Source: Rhodopirellula sp.
GTDB lineage: Bacteria > Planctomycetota > Planctomycetia > Planctomycetales > Planctomycetaceae
NCBI GenBank assembly: GCA_013203845.1
Contig: JABMPE010000622.1
Location: 1 to 62,171, forward strand
Direction of reading: 5' to 3'
DNA: 62,171 nt
The notes under the pieces were generated by a model that did no database searches, had not been told where the DNA came from, and was given only the letters and a program-made list of their open reading frames with translations. Below are positions 20,198 through 29,516 of this stretch, piece after piece. The translations under genes were made by a program, and so were the position numbers. How positions within the stretch are numbered: position 1 is the first letter of the stretch; each line of letters starts with the position of its first letter.

Positions 20198-20620
20198 GTG
20201 GCAGAGCATTTCGAAGGTCACGCCGCGGATACCTTCAGCGTTGAGGTATCTGGACTGACGATGACGGTCAAAGGGGTTTCGAAAAGCGGAACTGTTTCCG
20301 ACGGAGTCTTTACTTCCAATGAACGAGGCCTCGGCCTGTCGTCGGGAGTCTTCAAGCAGATCGATCAAGAAGAAGCGTTGCTGGTCAGTTTCAACGAGGA
20401 CGTCATTGTCGAGTCAGCAGCCATCGTCGCTGGCAACGGAACGTGCGGCGGTTTTTACCGTGTCGGCGATCACGCTCCACTGGCCATTTACTGTGTTGAC
20501 GCCGACATTGACGCGAAGGATCAATCGGGACTACTCAGCGACATCGGCGTGCTGAAGAAACGGCAGACCTTGCGTCTGGACAGCGCACCCCGCTTTGGTA
20601 CCGAATCGCCAGGGCAATGA
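20198..20620 (+). CDS. Hypothetical ORF; possibly the detached C-terminal domain of the decayed sulfatase
   Basis: It is in the same frame as the preceding fragment (19850-20197), separated only by TGA at 20195-20197, and has a GTG start in the track. I recognise no motifs. Confidence 0.35.
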   Translation: MAEHFEGHAADTFSVEVSGLTMTVKGVSKSGTVSDGVFTSNERGLGLSSGVFKQIDQEEALLVSFNEDVIVESAAIVAGNGTCGGFYRVGDHAPLAIYCVDADIDAKDQSGLLSDIGVLKKRQTLRLDSAPRFGTESPGQ

Positions 20621-20712
20621 CGACTTGGTGCGTTGACTGTACGACATTTGAGAGACTGATCTTCACGTCCGTGATCCGTCGATGACAGACGGAATTGCCT
20701 TGTTACTGACAG

Positions 20713-21753
20713 CTACAGATCCAGATCGTCGAGGCCGTCGATCAGATCGTCGAGTTCGTCTCGGACCCCGCAGGCGTTGGCTTGACGTTTGGGGATACCA
20801 ACAGCCAGGCCGACGGCGTCACGACCGTCGCGAACCAGTTCGATGTCGCGTTCGCGGGCAGCCATTTCGATCGCGTCGCCACCGCCGAACAGCTGCGACA
20901 GGTCGATCTTCAAACCAGCGACTTCGCCAGCGGCTCCGGCGATCGCGGGGGTCTTGTGCTGAGGAAAGACGATGGCGTTTTCCGGGCAGACTCGGCTGCA
21001 GGCCGGGCAGCCTTTCTTACAGCTGTCCTGAGCCTCGACCAGAATTCGATCCAGCGCGTCAACGCCGTACACGCCGAACAGGCAGAAGTCGATGCACTCC
21101 ATGCAGTTCGTGCAGCGGTCATAATCGATGACGGGGTACCAGCGCCGGCGAACCTGTTCTTCGGTTTCGACCTCGGCGATCGAGCCAGCTTCTCTGTTGC
21201 CGATTCCCAGCATCTCTCTGGGATTGAGATACCGTTCGAGCTGTTCCTTCTTCGGTTCGCCCTGAATCCAGCTCATCAGGTCCACGGTTTCGGTCGAGGT
21301 CTCCTGAACGATCCGCCGGATCTCCGTGAGAAATTCCTGGGGGTCCGTCGAAGCTCGCAGGTCGATGCTGTAGATCAGCCGGTCGGGGATGTTCAGCGTG
21401 CCGATCGCATCCGGATATTTTTCTGCCGAGGCGTCTTCTTCGTCTTCATCTTCCTCGTCGTCTCCGACCAGAAAGACCGTGCCTGCTTTTCCTTTGACGC
21501 CGGACCGGTCAAGGATCCACTGTGTTGCTCTGGGGTAGAGCCACGCGAGGACCACAACATCGCCGCGAATTCCCTGCAGAAACAGCATGCCCGAATGGTC
21601 GTGCGAGAGGTCGTAAAGGTTCGGAACGATGGAAACTTCGACTTCCGGATCCATCATGCAGGCCATCGCCAGCTCTTCTTCGAGCTGTCGCTTCACCGGG
21701 TTCTTCCCCTGATGCTGGGAGATCACGACGGTGAGTTTCTTCTGGCCTGCCAT
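20713..21753 (-). CDS. 4Fe-4S dicluster (ferredoxin-type) domain protein with a large N-terminal domain and acidic linker
   Basis: [11 protein letters not shown] and [13 protein letters not shown] cluster motifs, plus the acidic run [11 protein letters not shown]. The start is taken at MAGQKK (21753). Confidence 0.8.
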   Translation of the reverse strand: MAGQKKLTVVISQHQGKNPVKRQLEEELAMACMMDPEVEVSIVPNLYDLSHDHSGMLFLQGIRGDVVVLAWLYPRATQWILDRSGVKGKAGTVFLVGDDEEDEDEEDASAEKYPDAIGTLNIPDRLIYSIDLRASTDPQEFLTEIRRIVQETSTETVDLMSWIQGEPKKEQLERYLNPREMLGIGNREAGSIAEVETEEQVRRRWYPVIDYDRCTNCMECIDFCLFGVYGVDALDRILVEAQDSCKKGCPACSRVCPENAIVFPQHKTPAIAGAAGEVAGLKIDLSQLFGGGDAIEMAARERDIELVRDGRDAVGLAVGIPKRQANACGVRDELDDLIDGLDDLDL

Positions 21754-21807
21754 CAAACTACCTCTTCTGAACATCGAACATTCGACATCGAAAACGTCGT
21801 CCCCGCG

Positions 21808-21896
21808 AAGGCGGGAATCCAGTCTTCACTCAGATACTGGGTTCCCGCCTTTGCAGGAATGACACGATTGGAGACGGGAATGACACGATTGGAGAT
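21808..21896. repeat. Composite intergenic repeat: hairpin (AAGGCGGGAATCCAGT / ACTGGGTTCCCGCCTT) followed by two tandem 21-nt units
   Basis: Arms 21808-21823 and 21836-21851 are complementary with one mismatch. 21855-21875 (aggaatgacacgattggagac) is repeated at 21876-21896 (gggaatgacacgattggagat). Confidence 0.7.
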
Positions 21897-21921
21897 CTGA
21901 AAGTGGTCCTGGCCTCGTTAC

Positions 21922-22371
21922 CTAGTTAACCTGCCCTTTGAGTATATTCTGAGTTTTCTCCCAGCCGCCCTCAAGCACTTTCAGGTACTGCTCCGGAGTC
22001 AGCGGTTCCGCGTCTGTCTCGAATGTGAACAGCCATCCGTTGCCGTAGCCATCGGCGTTGATTCCCGACGGATCGTCCAGCAGCAGCTGGTTGAACTCGA
22101 CGATACGACCATCAAACGGTGCGTATAACGTCGAGAGAGCCTTTGAGCTTTCGACCTCGCCGATCTCCTGCTTTTCGAAAACCTGAGCCCCTGGATCGAC
22201 GCTCCAGTCGAGAAAATAGACATCCTGGAGTAGCCGGACCGAGTACGCCGTAAACCCAACCTGATACCGCAAACCGTCCTGGCGAAGCCACAGGTGGCTC
22301 TTCGAGTACAGGCAATCAGTCGGGACACGGGCTTCATATTTGCCCATCATGAAGACGAGATCTTCGGCCAT
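21922..22371 (-). CDS. gcvH: Glycine-cleavage-system H protein family (lipoyl carrier)
   Basis: YSKSHLWLRQ...VGFTAYSVRLLQDVYFLD...GEVESSKALSTLYAPFDGRIVEFN...GNGWLFTFE matches the GcvH pattern, including the lipoyl-lysine context VESxK. The start is taken at MAEDLVF. Confidence 0.8.
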   Translation of the reverse strand: MAEDLVFMMGKYEARVPTDCLYSKSHLWLRQDGLRYQVGFTAYSVRLLQDVYFLDWSVDPGAQVFEKQEIGEVESSKALSTLYAPFDGRIVEFNQLLLDDPSGINADGYGNGWLFTFETDAEPLTPEQYLKVLEGGWEKTQNILKGQVN

Positions 22372-22616
22372 CGAGCTGGGGTTCTGTGGAGTGTGTGGTT
22401 GCGGTGGGAGACGACGTTGTCGTGGGGAACCAACCAGTAGAAAGCACCTGACCCTGGGATGCAAGTCGCAGGGTTCACCAGAGTCCCAAGTCGACGCCCT
22501 GGGAAATGTTTTGAACAGGAGATCAAAGCGAGAGCAGAGTCCGGAATCGAGTAATTGCCCTGTTTCCTCTGCTTTTTCCTGTTCAAGTTGGTTTTTCTTC
22601 AGGCAGATTGTTTGCG

Positions 22617-23372
22617 TTACCCGGCGTCGTGGAGCTGGTGTACGACGCCGTCCAGAAATGTCGCCAGACTTTTGGCCGCTGCCTGGGCGTTTGTCCGCAG
22701 GTGCAGCATGTCCTTCAGGCTTTCCGGTCGTTTGAAAAGCGACGTCAACGCCGCGCCGACACGAACGGCCCCGGTGTCTCCGACGATCGACAGAATCTCA
22801 GACGGCAGATCGGAGGACATGTCGTCGCTGATAACTCGCACGGCCATGAAACCGGTTTTCGTTTCAGCGGCGACCTGAGCAACTGCCAGGCTTTCCATGT
22901 CGACGGCGATGGCCTCGTACTTTTCATGAAGCTGCTTTTTTTCCTCGACCGTTCGAACCATTTCATCGACCGTTAGAATTCTGCCGACGTAGAGGCCGTT
23001 TTCTTCGTCACTGGCGAGAGCAAGATTGATGCTCTTCTGTTGGCCATGCTGGTCGTCGATTTCGTTAGCCACGACGATCTGCCCGATCTTCATGGTCGGC
23101 AACAATGCTCCGGCGAAACCGCATGATAAAATCCACTGAGGCTGGTGAGCGTCGATCATCGCCTGAGCCGCTTTTCTGGCTCGCGCGTATCCCATGCCTG
23201 CTTCCGCGACGACAACCCGAATGCCGTCGTAACGCCCGCCGCGGAATGTGAAATCCCCACCCTTGTAGTGTTTCACCCGCTCGCACCGGTCCAGAAACTG
23301 ACCGAGTTCGATCGGCAACGCCGAGACGATACCGATGTCGGCTCGGGTGCTGTCAGGTTCGCTGGAAGTCAT
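22617..23372 (-). CDS. Nucleoside phosphorylase family protein (MTA/SAH nucleosidase, futalosine hydrolase or HpnG-like; subtype unresolved)
   Basis: PNP_UDP_1-like pattern: IGIVSALPIELGQF...VVAEAGMGYARA...ILSCGFAGAL...AVDMESLAVAQVA. Confidence 0.8.
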   Translation of the reverse strand: MTSSEPDSTRADIGIVSALPIELGQFLDRCERVKHYKGGDFTFRGGRYDGIRVVVAEAGMGYARARKAAQAMIDAHQPQWILSCGFAGALLPTMKIGQIVVANEIDDQHGQQKSINLALASDEENGLYVGRILTVDEMVRTVEEKKQLHEKYEAIAVDMESLAVAQVAAETKTGFMAVRVISDDMSSDLPSEILSIVGDTGAVRVGAALTSLFKRPESLKDMLHLRTNAQAAAKSLATFLDGVVHQLHDAG

Positions 23373-23396
23373 GCAGGGGTCGATTCAAGGTCGGAG

Positions 23397-24524
23397 TTAG
23401 ACGGGCTCAAGTCCTTCGACCTGGTGTTTGTGCGGGTTGAAACCACAGAGAATAATGCCGAGTTCGTAAAGCAGAATCAGCGGGAACATCATCAGCAACA
23501 TGCTCATCGGATCCGCAGGCGTGAGGATCATCGAAAGAAACGCGATCACAAGGATGGCCATTCGACGTTTCTCGCGATAGTCGACGATTTCAAAGACGGA
23601 AATCCGCTCCAGGAAAAGCATGACCAGCGGCAACTGAAAGCTGACTCCAAACATCACCGGCAGCATAACGGCAAAGTTGATCCACTCGGACAATCGAATC
23701 TGCGGCTGGACTTCCAGCAGCTTGTTGAAGCCCAACAGGAATTTCAGCACGAACGGAAAGACGGCGTAAAAGCAGAAGACGGCACCACCTGTGAACAGCA
23801 ACAGGCTCATTGGCAGGTAGATGTAAATGTACTTCCGCTCGTGCGCGTACAGACCCGCGGCGACGAACAGCCAGATTTCCCGGAACACCCACGGGCTGGC
23901 GATCAGCAGGCCGGCAATGAATGCGACCTTGATGTACGTCATGAAAGCTTCCTGGACATTCAGCGTAACTGCCTGGCTCTGACGTTCGATGACGGCTTCC
24001 AGCTGGTGGAACTCCGGTGCCGCGATTCGAATTGAGAAAGGTTTTTCGGTGGCCTTGCCGGCTGCCGGTTTCGAGATCGGGTAACTTTCCGGATCGTACT
24101 GGTGCAGTGCGGCGGCCAACTGAGAGGGCAGGATGCTGATCTCGATGGTTCGATCAAACTCGTTGCCAGTGTCGATCGGCGAAAAGGCTTGAACGGCTGT
24201 CGCGTCGCCCTCGCCTTCGGGTTTCTCGGCAGCCTTGGCGAGGCCGACGCTTTCCTGAAGCCATTGCCAGACGTCTGTCATGGTGACGTCGGCAATGTCG
24301 TCTTCGACTGTCAGCTTTGACCCGCCTTCGCTTTCAGCGGCCTTTCGCAGTGCCGAATCGATCGGCGAACGGACAATGGCGACAATCCGGTCGCCGATAA
24401 ACAATGCACCGATCACGCAGATCGCCAAGCCGATAATGGCTCGGATCAGATGCGTCCGCAGGCACTCAAGGTGCTCGCCGAACGTCATGGTGCTGTCGTC
24501 GAAGAGGTCTTTGGACTGGGCCAT
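23397..24524 (-). CDS. tatC: Twin-arginine translocase subunit TatC with an enlarged first periplasmic loop
   Basis: MTFGEHLECLRTHLIRAIIGLAICVIGALF (TatC N-terminus), FMTYIKVAFIAGLLIASPWVFREIWLFVAAGLYAHERK, and six hydrophobic helices. The start is taken at MAQSKD (24524). Confidence 0.9.
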   Translation of the reverse strand: MAQSKDLFDDSTMTFGEHLECLRTHLIRAIIGLAICVIGALFIGDRIVAIVRSPIDSALRKAAESEGGSKLTVEDDIADVTMTDVWQWLQESVGLAKAAEKPEGEGDATAVQAFSPIDTGNEFDRTIEISILPSQLAAALHQYDPESYPISKPAAGKATEKPFSIRIAAPEFHQLEAVIERQSQAVTLNVQEAFMTYIKVAFIAGLLIASPWVFREIWLFVAAGLYAHERKYIYIYLPMSLLLFTGGAVFCFYAVFPFVLKFLLGFNKLLEVQPQIRLSEWINFAVMLPVMFGVSFQLPLVMLFLERISVFEIVDYREKRRMAILVIAFLSMILTPADPMSMLLMMFPLILLYELGIILCGFNPHKHQVEGLEPV

Positions 24525-25016
24525 CAGACTGTACTCACACGTAATTTCAGGGCCGTCCCGAGCCGAATCGACAGAGACATGCTGCTTCTCCATCAATGCC
24601 CGACAGGAGAACTGTTCAGGTATATTCAGAGAGAATTGGGGCAACAGTCGGTAAGGACAGCCAGTTCAACTGGGCAGAAGTGTCCAGAAAACACCCAGAG
24701 GTCAGCCCTCAGGATGTCCGGTACGCCGGGCAGCGGACGCGAGTGGTCCGCAGAAAGCGTCGTCCAGATTCAATCTGGTCACAAAAAGCTGTCCACTCGG
24801 TTTGCCCGCGAAGAAGCGCAGGACGCGTGAGCGGAGACCAAAAGTGTATCCCTGGCTGAAATGGAGTCAACGATGCATGACCGGCCAGAGACATTCAGTC
24901 TCGTCGAGACTTGTGACCTCATTACCAGTGAATGAGTCACATGGTTCGTTGATTTTCTCGAACTGATCAGCAATTTGCTCAATCGGTACCGTCAGCGGCG
25001 TGCGAAGGCGACCGTA

Positions 25017-26459
25017 TCAGCCCGCCTTGTTGACGTTTTTACCATCTCGATTTGCTGTCGGAGCCGCCGCTCGCGGCGTTGCCTCAGCAGGTTTCTGCAA
25101 CGGAATGTCAATTGATATTCGATCCGGTGCGAGAGTCATGTCGCCCAGTTTGGGCCACGCATTGAGTTTTTCCACCTGGCTTGGCGGGAACACCACTTGA
25201 GGCGGCTTGTTTCCGGCGTCCTGCAACTGTTGAAAGATCAACTTCGCAATCGGAAGAATATCTTTGTACGCCGCCTGTGTTGGCTGCTGGTTCAGCGTTG
25301 ACAGCAGGCCAGCGCCTTTTCGAAGGTCGACGGTCGTCTCACCTGGGTATGCTGGCTTAAACGCAAGGTAGATGTCATGGACCAGAAAGAGGGCTTCAGC
25401 CGCTGGCAGCCGTTTCTGGTTGACTTCCGTTGCAATTTTCTGAGTCAGTTTGACGATCGAGAAGGCGATCGGAGCAGCCTGCAGGCCATTGGGCATCGCT
25501 GTTCTGCCGAGAAGACGCGCCGCCCTCGCTCGAAGTCGATTCGAACGACGCGGGTTGGAAAGAATCCTGGCCAGTGCTTCGACAATGACCGGCTCCTGCT
25601 GGTTCTGGTCATTGGGAACCGTCGCCAGAGCTGTTTGAATAACTGCCTCAATCAGCCGCTGGTGGTACCAGTCTGTTCCGTTTCCTGTCAGCTCGGCCAG
25701 CATTCGTTTGGCCGCATCGACGGGCAGTTTGCTGTTTGGTTTCAGTGTCTGGCGGCCCTCCTGCAGCAACCGCATCGCCCCCATCGCGGCGAGGATGCGA
25801 ACAGGCTCAGGCTGGCTGATCCCGTCTTCAGGGGCTCGAATTACGTCGAGGAGCACCGGCAGCCCATCAATGTACGCAATCGCCGGTTTGGGACGCAGTC
25901 CGGGGACTTCGGGCGAGACACTCAGTGATCCGATCAACAACACTGCCTGCAGACGCACGTGAAAGTTGCCGTCGAGCAACGTGGTTGCGTATTTGACAAT
26001 CGTCTTGCACGCGAACTTTTTCGTATCTTCGTTTTTATCACTCACAAACTGGTCGACGTATCGGACAACCGCTTTCCGCAGGTCCGCCAGATCATCCCGT
26101 CGGTCAACGATGGAAAGCTCCTGGACAACCACTCGAAAACCTTCGTCGATGACTTTAGGAGCGTCTCCTGCGAGTTTCCCGCTGAGCGCTTCCTGGAAGG
26201 CCGCACGCTTCCGTTTCCAGGCCGTGACGTCGTCGTCAGTGATCAGCGGTTTTTCAATCGTGAATTCTTTGGGGATTGGCGGCGGCGGACGGAAGCCTTT
26301 CGGGAGATTCGGGAGACCTGCATCAGCAGCCTGCGCGAAGCACGAACCGGCAGGCAAAGTCACCAGTGTGACCGCTGCCATTAACACGAGGCAGGCATGG
26401 CAAATCTGTTTCGCAATCCGATTGGTATCGGTAGTTCTTCGCACGAAGTTTTCCTTCAA
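25017..26459 (-). CDS. Hypothetical secreted protein (helical-repeat-like)
   Basis: 480-aa ORF with an N-terminal signal-like segment LVLMAAVTLVTLPAGSCFAQA. No catalytic motif recognised. Confidence 0.6.
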   Translation of the reverse strand: MKENFVRRTTDTNRIAKQICHACLVLMAAVTLVTLPAGSCFAQAADAGLPNLPKGFRPPPPIPKEFTIEKPLITDDDVTAWKRKRAAFQEALSGKLAGDAPKVIDEGFRVVVQELSIVDRRDDLADLRKAVVRYVDQFVSDKNEDTKKFACKTIVKYATTLLDGNFHVRLQAVLLIGSLSVSPEVPGLRPKPAIAYIDGLPVLLDVIRAPEDGISQPEPVRILAAMGAMRLLQEGRQTLKPNSKLPVDAAKRMLAELTGNGTDWYHQRLIEAVIQTALATVPNDQNQQEPVIVEALARILSNPRRSNRLRARAARLLGRTAMPNGLQAAPIAFSIVKLTQKIATEVNQKRLPAAEALFLVHDIYLAFKPAYPGETTVDLRKGAGLLSTLNQQPTQAAYKDILPIAKLIFQQLQDAGNKPPQVVFPPSQVEKLNAWPKLGDMTLAPDRISIDIPLQKPAEATPRAAAPTANRDGKNVNKAG

Positions 26460-26794
26460 ACGACAGTGTTCGGCATGGCGAAAACACTGTGCATGTGCAG
26501 TTTCTGCCAGAGGGAATCGACAGACGGTACAACACCGAATTGCGAATTACCACCGCGAGAAACCAGCCGATTTACGGCGGGAACCAGATTGGAAAGTGTT
26601 ACCGGACATCGGTCTGCTTCAGAAAGATGCGACGTCAACCGAGCGTAAGAACAATTGGCACGGAGCCGCCGATCAGAACCACGGACCAGGCAGCTTGAGA
26701 CATGTGAGTGGGTGCTGCCAGAATGCCTGCAGAAGAGATTACCAGTAGAAGTGTCAGAATAGTTGCGTAACGTTACCACTCGATAATCGCCGCT

Positions 26795-28123
26795 TCAAGG
26801 AGTTTCCCGTCTGTCAGGATCATGGAGAATGACATCCGTCGCATTGTGCTGAAAAGCCTCAAACGCGGATAGGGTTGCATTTGTCATCGACGTCAGGCTG
26901 TAGTGCCTGCGAACCAGCGGTCCTCCCCGGGCGATCAGCTCGTCACGCCGGGTCGAATCGACGACCAGACTTCTCAGTTTTGCGGCGAGATCATCAATGT
27001 CGCCCGGTCGAAAGAGCAGCCCGCCCGCTGTCGCTTCCAGCATTTCCGGATAGGCACCATGTGCCGGCTGCACGGCTGGAACTCCGCAGGCCAGGGCTTC
27101 CAGAACGTAAATCCCCTTCGGCTCCCGATAAGGGGCGGGCACCGACAAGACATCCAGGCTCTGCAGGAACGACACTTTATCCGAGTGTTCGGCCGGGCTG
27201 CCGATGTACTGGAACGAGTCGCCAAGATCGCGAGCGTCCCGCTGCACCTGTTCGAACCAGGCGGTGTCGCGCGACCCCAGATATCCTCCGGCAACGAGCT
27301 TCACCTGCGGATGTTCCACCCGAATTTTCCGAACAGCTTCGACCAGCAGATGAAGTCCTTTTTCCGGACAAATCCGCGCAAAGTAGCCAATCCGAAATTC
27401 GTCGTCGGAACGGGGGTGTGGTCGAGGTGAGAATCCTGAAAAGTCGATGCCCAGTGGGATGCGGGAGAACTTCTCGACCGGCAGTCGCAGCATTTCGGAC
27501 ATGTGATCACGATAGTAGTTGCTGTGAACCAGAAAGCCGTCGAAGTCAGCAGCGCGACTACTGATTCGATCGATCGCCCCTTGGCGATGCTCTTTGGACA
27601 GCCCATCCAGAAAGATGTCGTCGCCTTGCAGCGTGCAGAAAATTTTCCCGGCGAACTTCTGTCGCAGTGATCGAACAGCTCCTGCCAGCAGGGCGTTGCT
27701 GAAACAGACGACGTCGGGTTTCAGCTCATCAGCGATAAACGCGACCAGCTCGTCAACATCGCGTCGTTGAGATCCGAGTTCGCCGTCCAGCATGTCGAGC
27801 GTCAGCTCGCCAAGATTCGCGGCATCATTACTGACACCGAATCGTGTTGCGAACCGAATGAGCGATGGACGATTGACCCAGCTCGTCATCCAGCGCGGCA
27901 GCGTTCGCCAGACCCGCGATTTGTGTTCGAGATAGACGTTAATGCCGCCAAAGAAAACGCGGCGGGAACTCAGATCTTCCTCGTCAACTCGGATCGGCGT
28001 GTAGGTGGGAATCAATGTAACTTCGACACCCGCATCCCGCAGTGCGCGAGCCCACGTGTTGTCGTGCATGCACGATCCGCAGAACATACCCGCCCCGCCA
28101 GCCGTCACGATTGCGACGTGCAT
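26795..28123 (-). CDS. Glycosyltransferase, GT-B fold (GT4-like)
   Basis: N-terminus MHVAIVTAGGAGMFCGSCMHDN..., and a C-terminal GT1/GT4 core (SVPAPYREPKGIYVLEALACGVPAVQPAHGAYPEMLE). Confidence 0.88.
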   Translation of the reverse strand: MHVAIVTAGGAGMFCGSCMHDNTWARALRDAGVEVTLIPTYTPIRVDEEDLSSRRVFFGGINVYLEHKSRVWRTLPRWMTSWVNRPSLIRFATRFGVSNDAANLGELTLDMLDGELGSQRRDVDELVAFIADELKPDVVCFSNALLAGAVRSLRQKFAGKIFCTLQGDDIFLDGLSKEHRQGAIDRISSRAADFDGFLVHSNYYRDHMSEMLRLPVEKFSRIPLGIDFSGFSPRPHPRSDDEFRIGYFARICPEKGLHLLVEAVRKIRVEHPQVKLVAGGYLGSRDTAWFEQVQRDARDLGDSFQYIGSPAEHSDKVSFLQSLDVLSVPAPYREPKGIYVLEALACGVPAVQPAHGAYPEMLEATAGGLLFRPGDIDDLAAKLRSLVVDSTRRDELIARGGPLVRRHYSLTSMTNATLSAFEAFQHNATDVILHDPDRRETP

Positions 28124-28126
28124 AGT

Positions 28127-28987
28127 TCAGCGTCCGTTGTCTGGTGAGGACGCTGGCTGCGATTCAGCAGCTGGTTTGACTTTGGAGTTGGCGTTCTGAG
28201 CCTTCGTTTGCTTTTCGAGCAACAGATCAAGATGGACGCGCCCGACGTGCCACATGTATCGCGGACCGTATCCCGCGGCGGGACCCCACGGGTTCGCGGT
28301 CGACTCGCGCAGATGAACGATCGCAGCCGCGTCACGCCCTTCGACGGCGTGGTTCAGCCCAATGTAAAGCTGAGCATAGAACAATCGTTTCTCGCGTTCG
28401 TCTTTGCTGATTTCGGCAGTGTTGATGGCCGCCAGAATCTTCTCCGGTGTCGTGTCGCCGGAGAAGAGCCTGTAGACGTCTGGAAACGGTTCGCGGTCGG
28501 TTTTCTGATACTTCAGCAAGCCGGCCTTTGCCTTCGCCGGACCGTAGGCTCGATGCTGCGAGAAGTATCGCCAGATGCCGTTTTCACGGTCGATGTCATC
28601 GAACGAGTGGTACGCTTCAAATTGCTGAGCGGCTTCTTTTGCCTTGCCTGCGTAGAAGCGAGCGATGCCTCGTCGCCAGTGCGAGTCCCCTTGCTTCGGA
28701 TCAAGCTCGACCATCGCTTCGTAATCCGCGACCGACTTATCGAATTCGCCGAGAAAGAACCAGACGTCGCCGCGTTGTGACAGTAATGTGTTCCGCTGCG
28801 AGTCTGCATCGATGAGTTGTCGAGTCAGTTGCTCGGCACTTTTACGCAGACCATCGGTTAGCTGTTTACGGTCTTCCCGCGGGATTGGATGTTTGTCAGC
28901 AGTCAGCTGTGCGAAGCATGGTTGATTGACGAAGGCCAGTACGAGCGTCGTCAGGCCAAACAGGAAGGCCAGTTGCTTTAACTTCAC
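28127..28987 (-). CDS. Secreted TPR-repeat protein (NlpI-like)
   Basis: Signal peptide MKLKQLAFLFGLTTLVLAFVNQPCFAQ and TPR units (FFLGEFDKSVADYEAMVELDPKQGDSHWRRGIARFYAGKAKEAAQQFE). It is separated by 3 nt from the downstream glycosyltransferase gene. Confidence 0.75.
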   Translation of the reverse strand: MKLKQLAFLFGLTTLVLAFVNQPCFAQLTADKHPIPREDRKQLTDGLRKSAEQLTRQLIDADSQRNTLLSQRGDVWFFLGEFDKSVADYEAMVELDPKQGDSHWRRGIARFYAGKAKEAAQQFEAYHSFDDIDRENGIWRYFSQHRAYGPAKAKAGLLKYQKTDREPFPDVYRLFSGDTTPEKILAAINTAEISKDEREKRLFYAQLYIGLNHAVEGRDAAAIVHLRESTANPWGPAAGYGPRYMWHVGRVHLDLLLEKQTKAQNANSKVKPAAESQPASSPDNGR

Positions 28988-29516
28988 GAGATTTCCCTTT
29001 CACGGCTCAGGGCAGTCCACACGGGTTTTAGTAACGAAGAGCCTCAACGGCCTTGTTTTCCTGTCGTACTCGGTGAGTTTCGGGATGCTAAACCCGAACG
29101 CGGCTCTTTGAGTGTGCCCGATTCTGGCAGGACATACTACAGGCAGTGGTCCGCAAAATATAAAACACAAGATCGGGGATCCGCTTGAACCGGGGTTGCA
29201 GCCCGATACTATCCCGCCTCGCTAACGCAGTTCGTCGACACTCAAGTTGAGACGTCTGCAGCTGACAGAAGGGAATGTCAGTAATAGCGTTGGTCCGTTG
29301 CGAGTGGAGTTTCGCTTCGGACGCGAATCAAGGATTGGTTCGCACGGCATCGAATGGATTCGTCATACCATCGGCTTTGGTGGTGGTGTGAGCCGGGTTC
29401 GTTGTTGCTTTGCGGCTCTGCTTGCTGCAGTTCCTTGCTTCGTGAGATGCACCCCGTGCAGGCTTGTTGCCTGTGCGAGAAGTTTCAGGGAAGACACTCA
29501 GGGGTAAGGAAACGTA

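Noticed and set aside
26456-26779. A 107-aa minus-strand ORF, plus a 22-codon hydrophobic mini-ORF, in the spacer between the hypothetical protein and glycosyltransferase genes.
   Set aside because: There is no RBS and no motif, the composition is atypical, and it is too weak to call.
28988-29516. A 530-nt gene-free spacer before the amidotransferase gene, examined for tRNA, SRP RNA, RNase P, tmRNA, 6S or riboswitch signatures.
   Set aside because: I found no diagnostic conserved blocks and only weak 5-bp hairpins. An unknown sRNA cannot be excluded without a covariance-model scan or RNA-seq.
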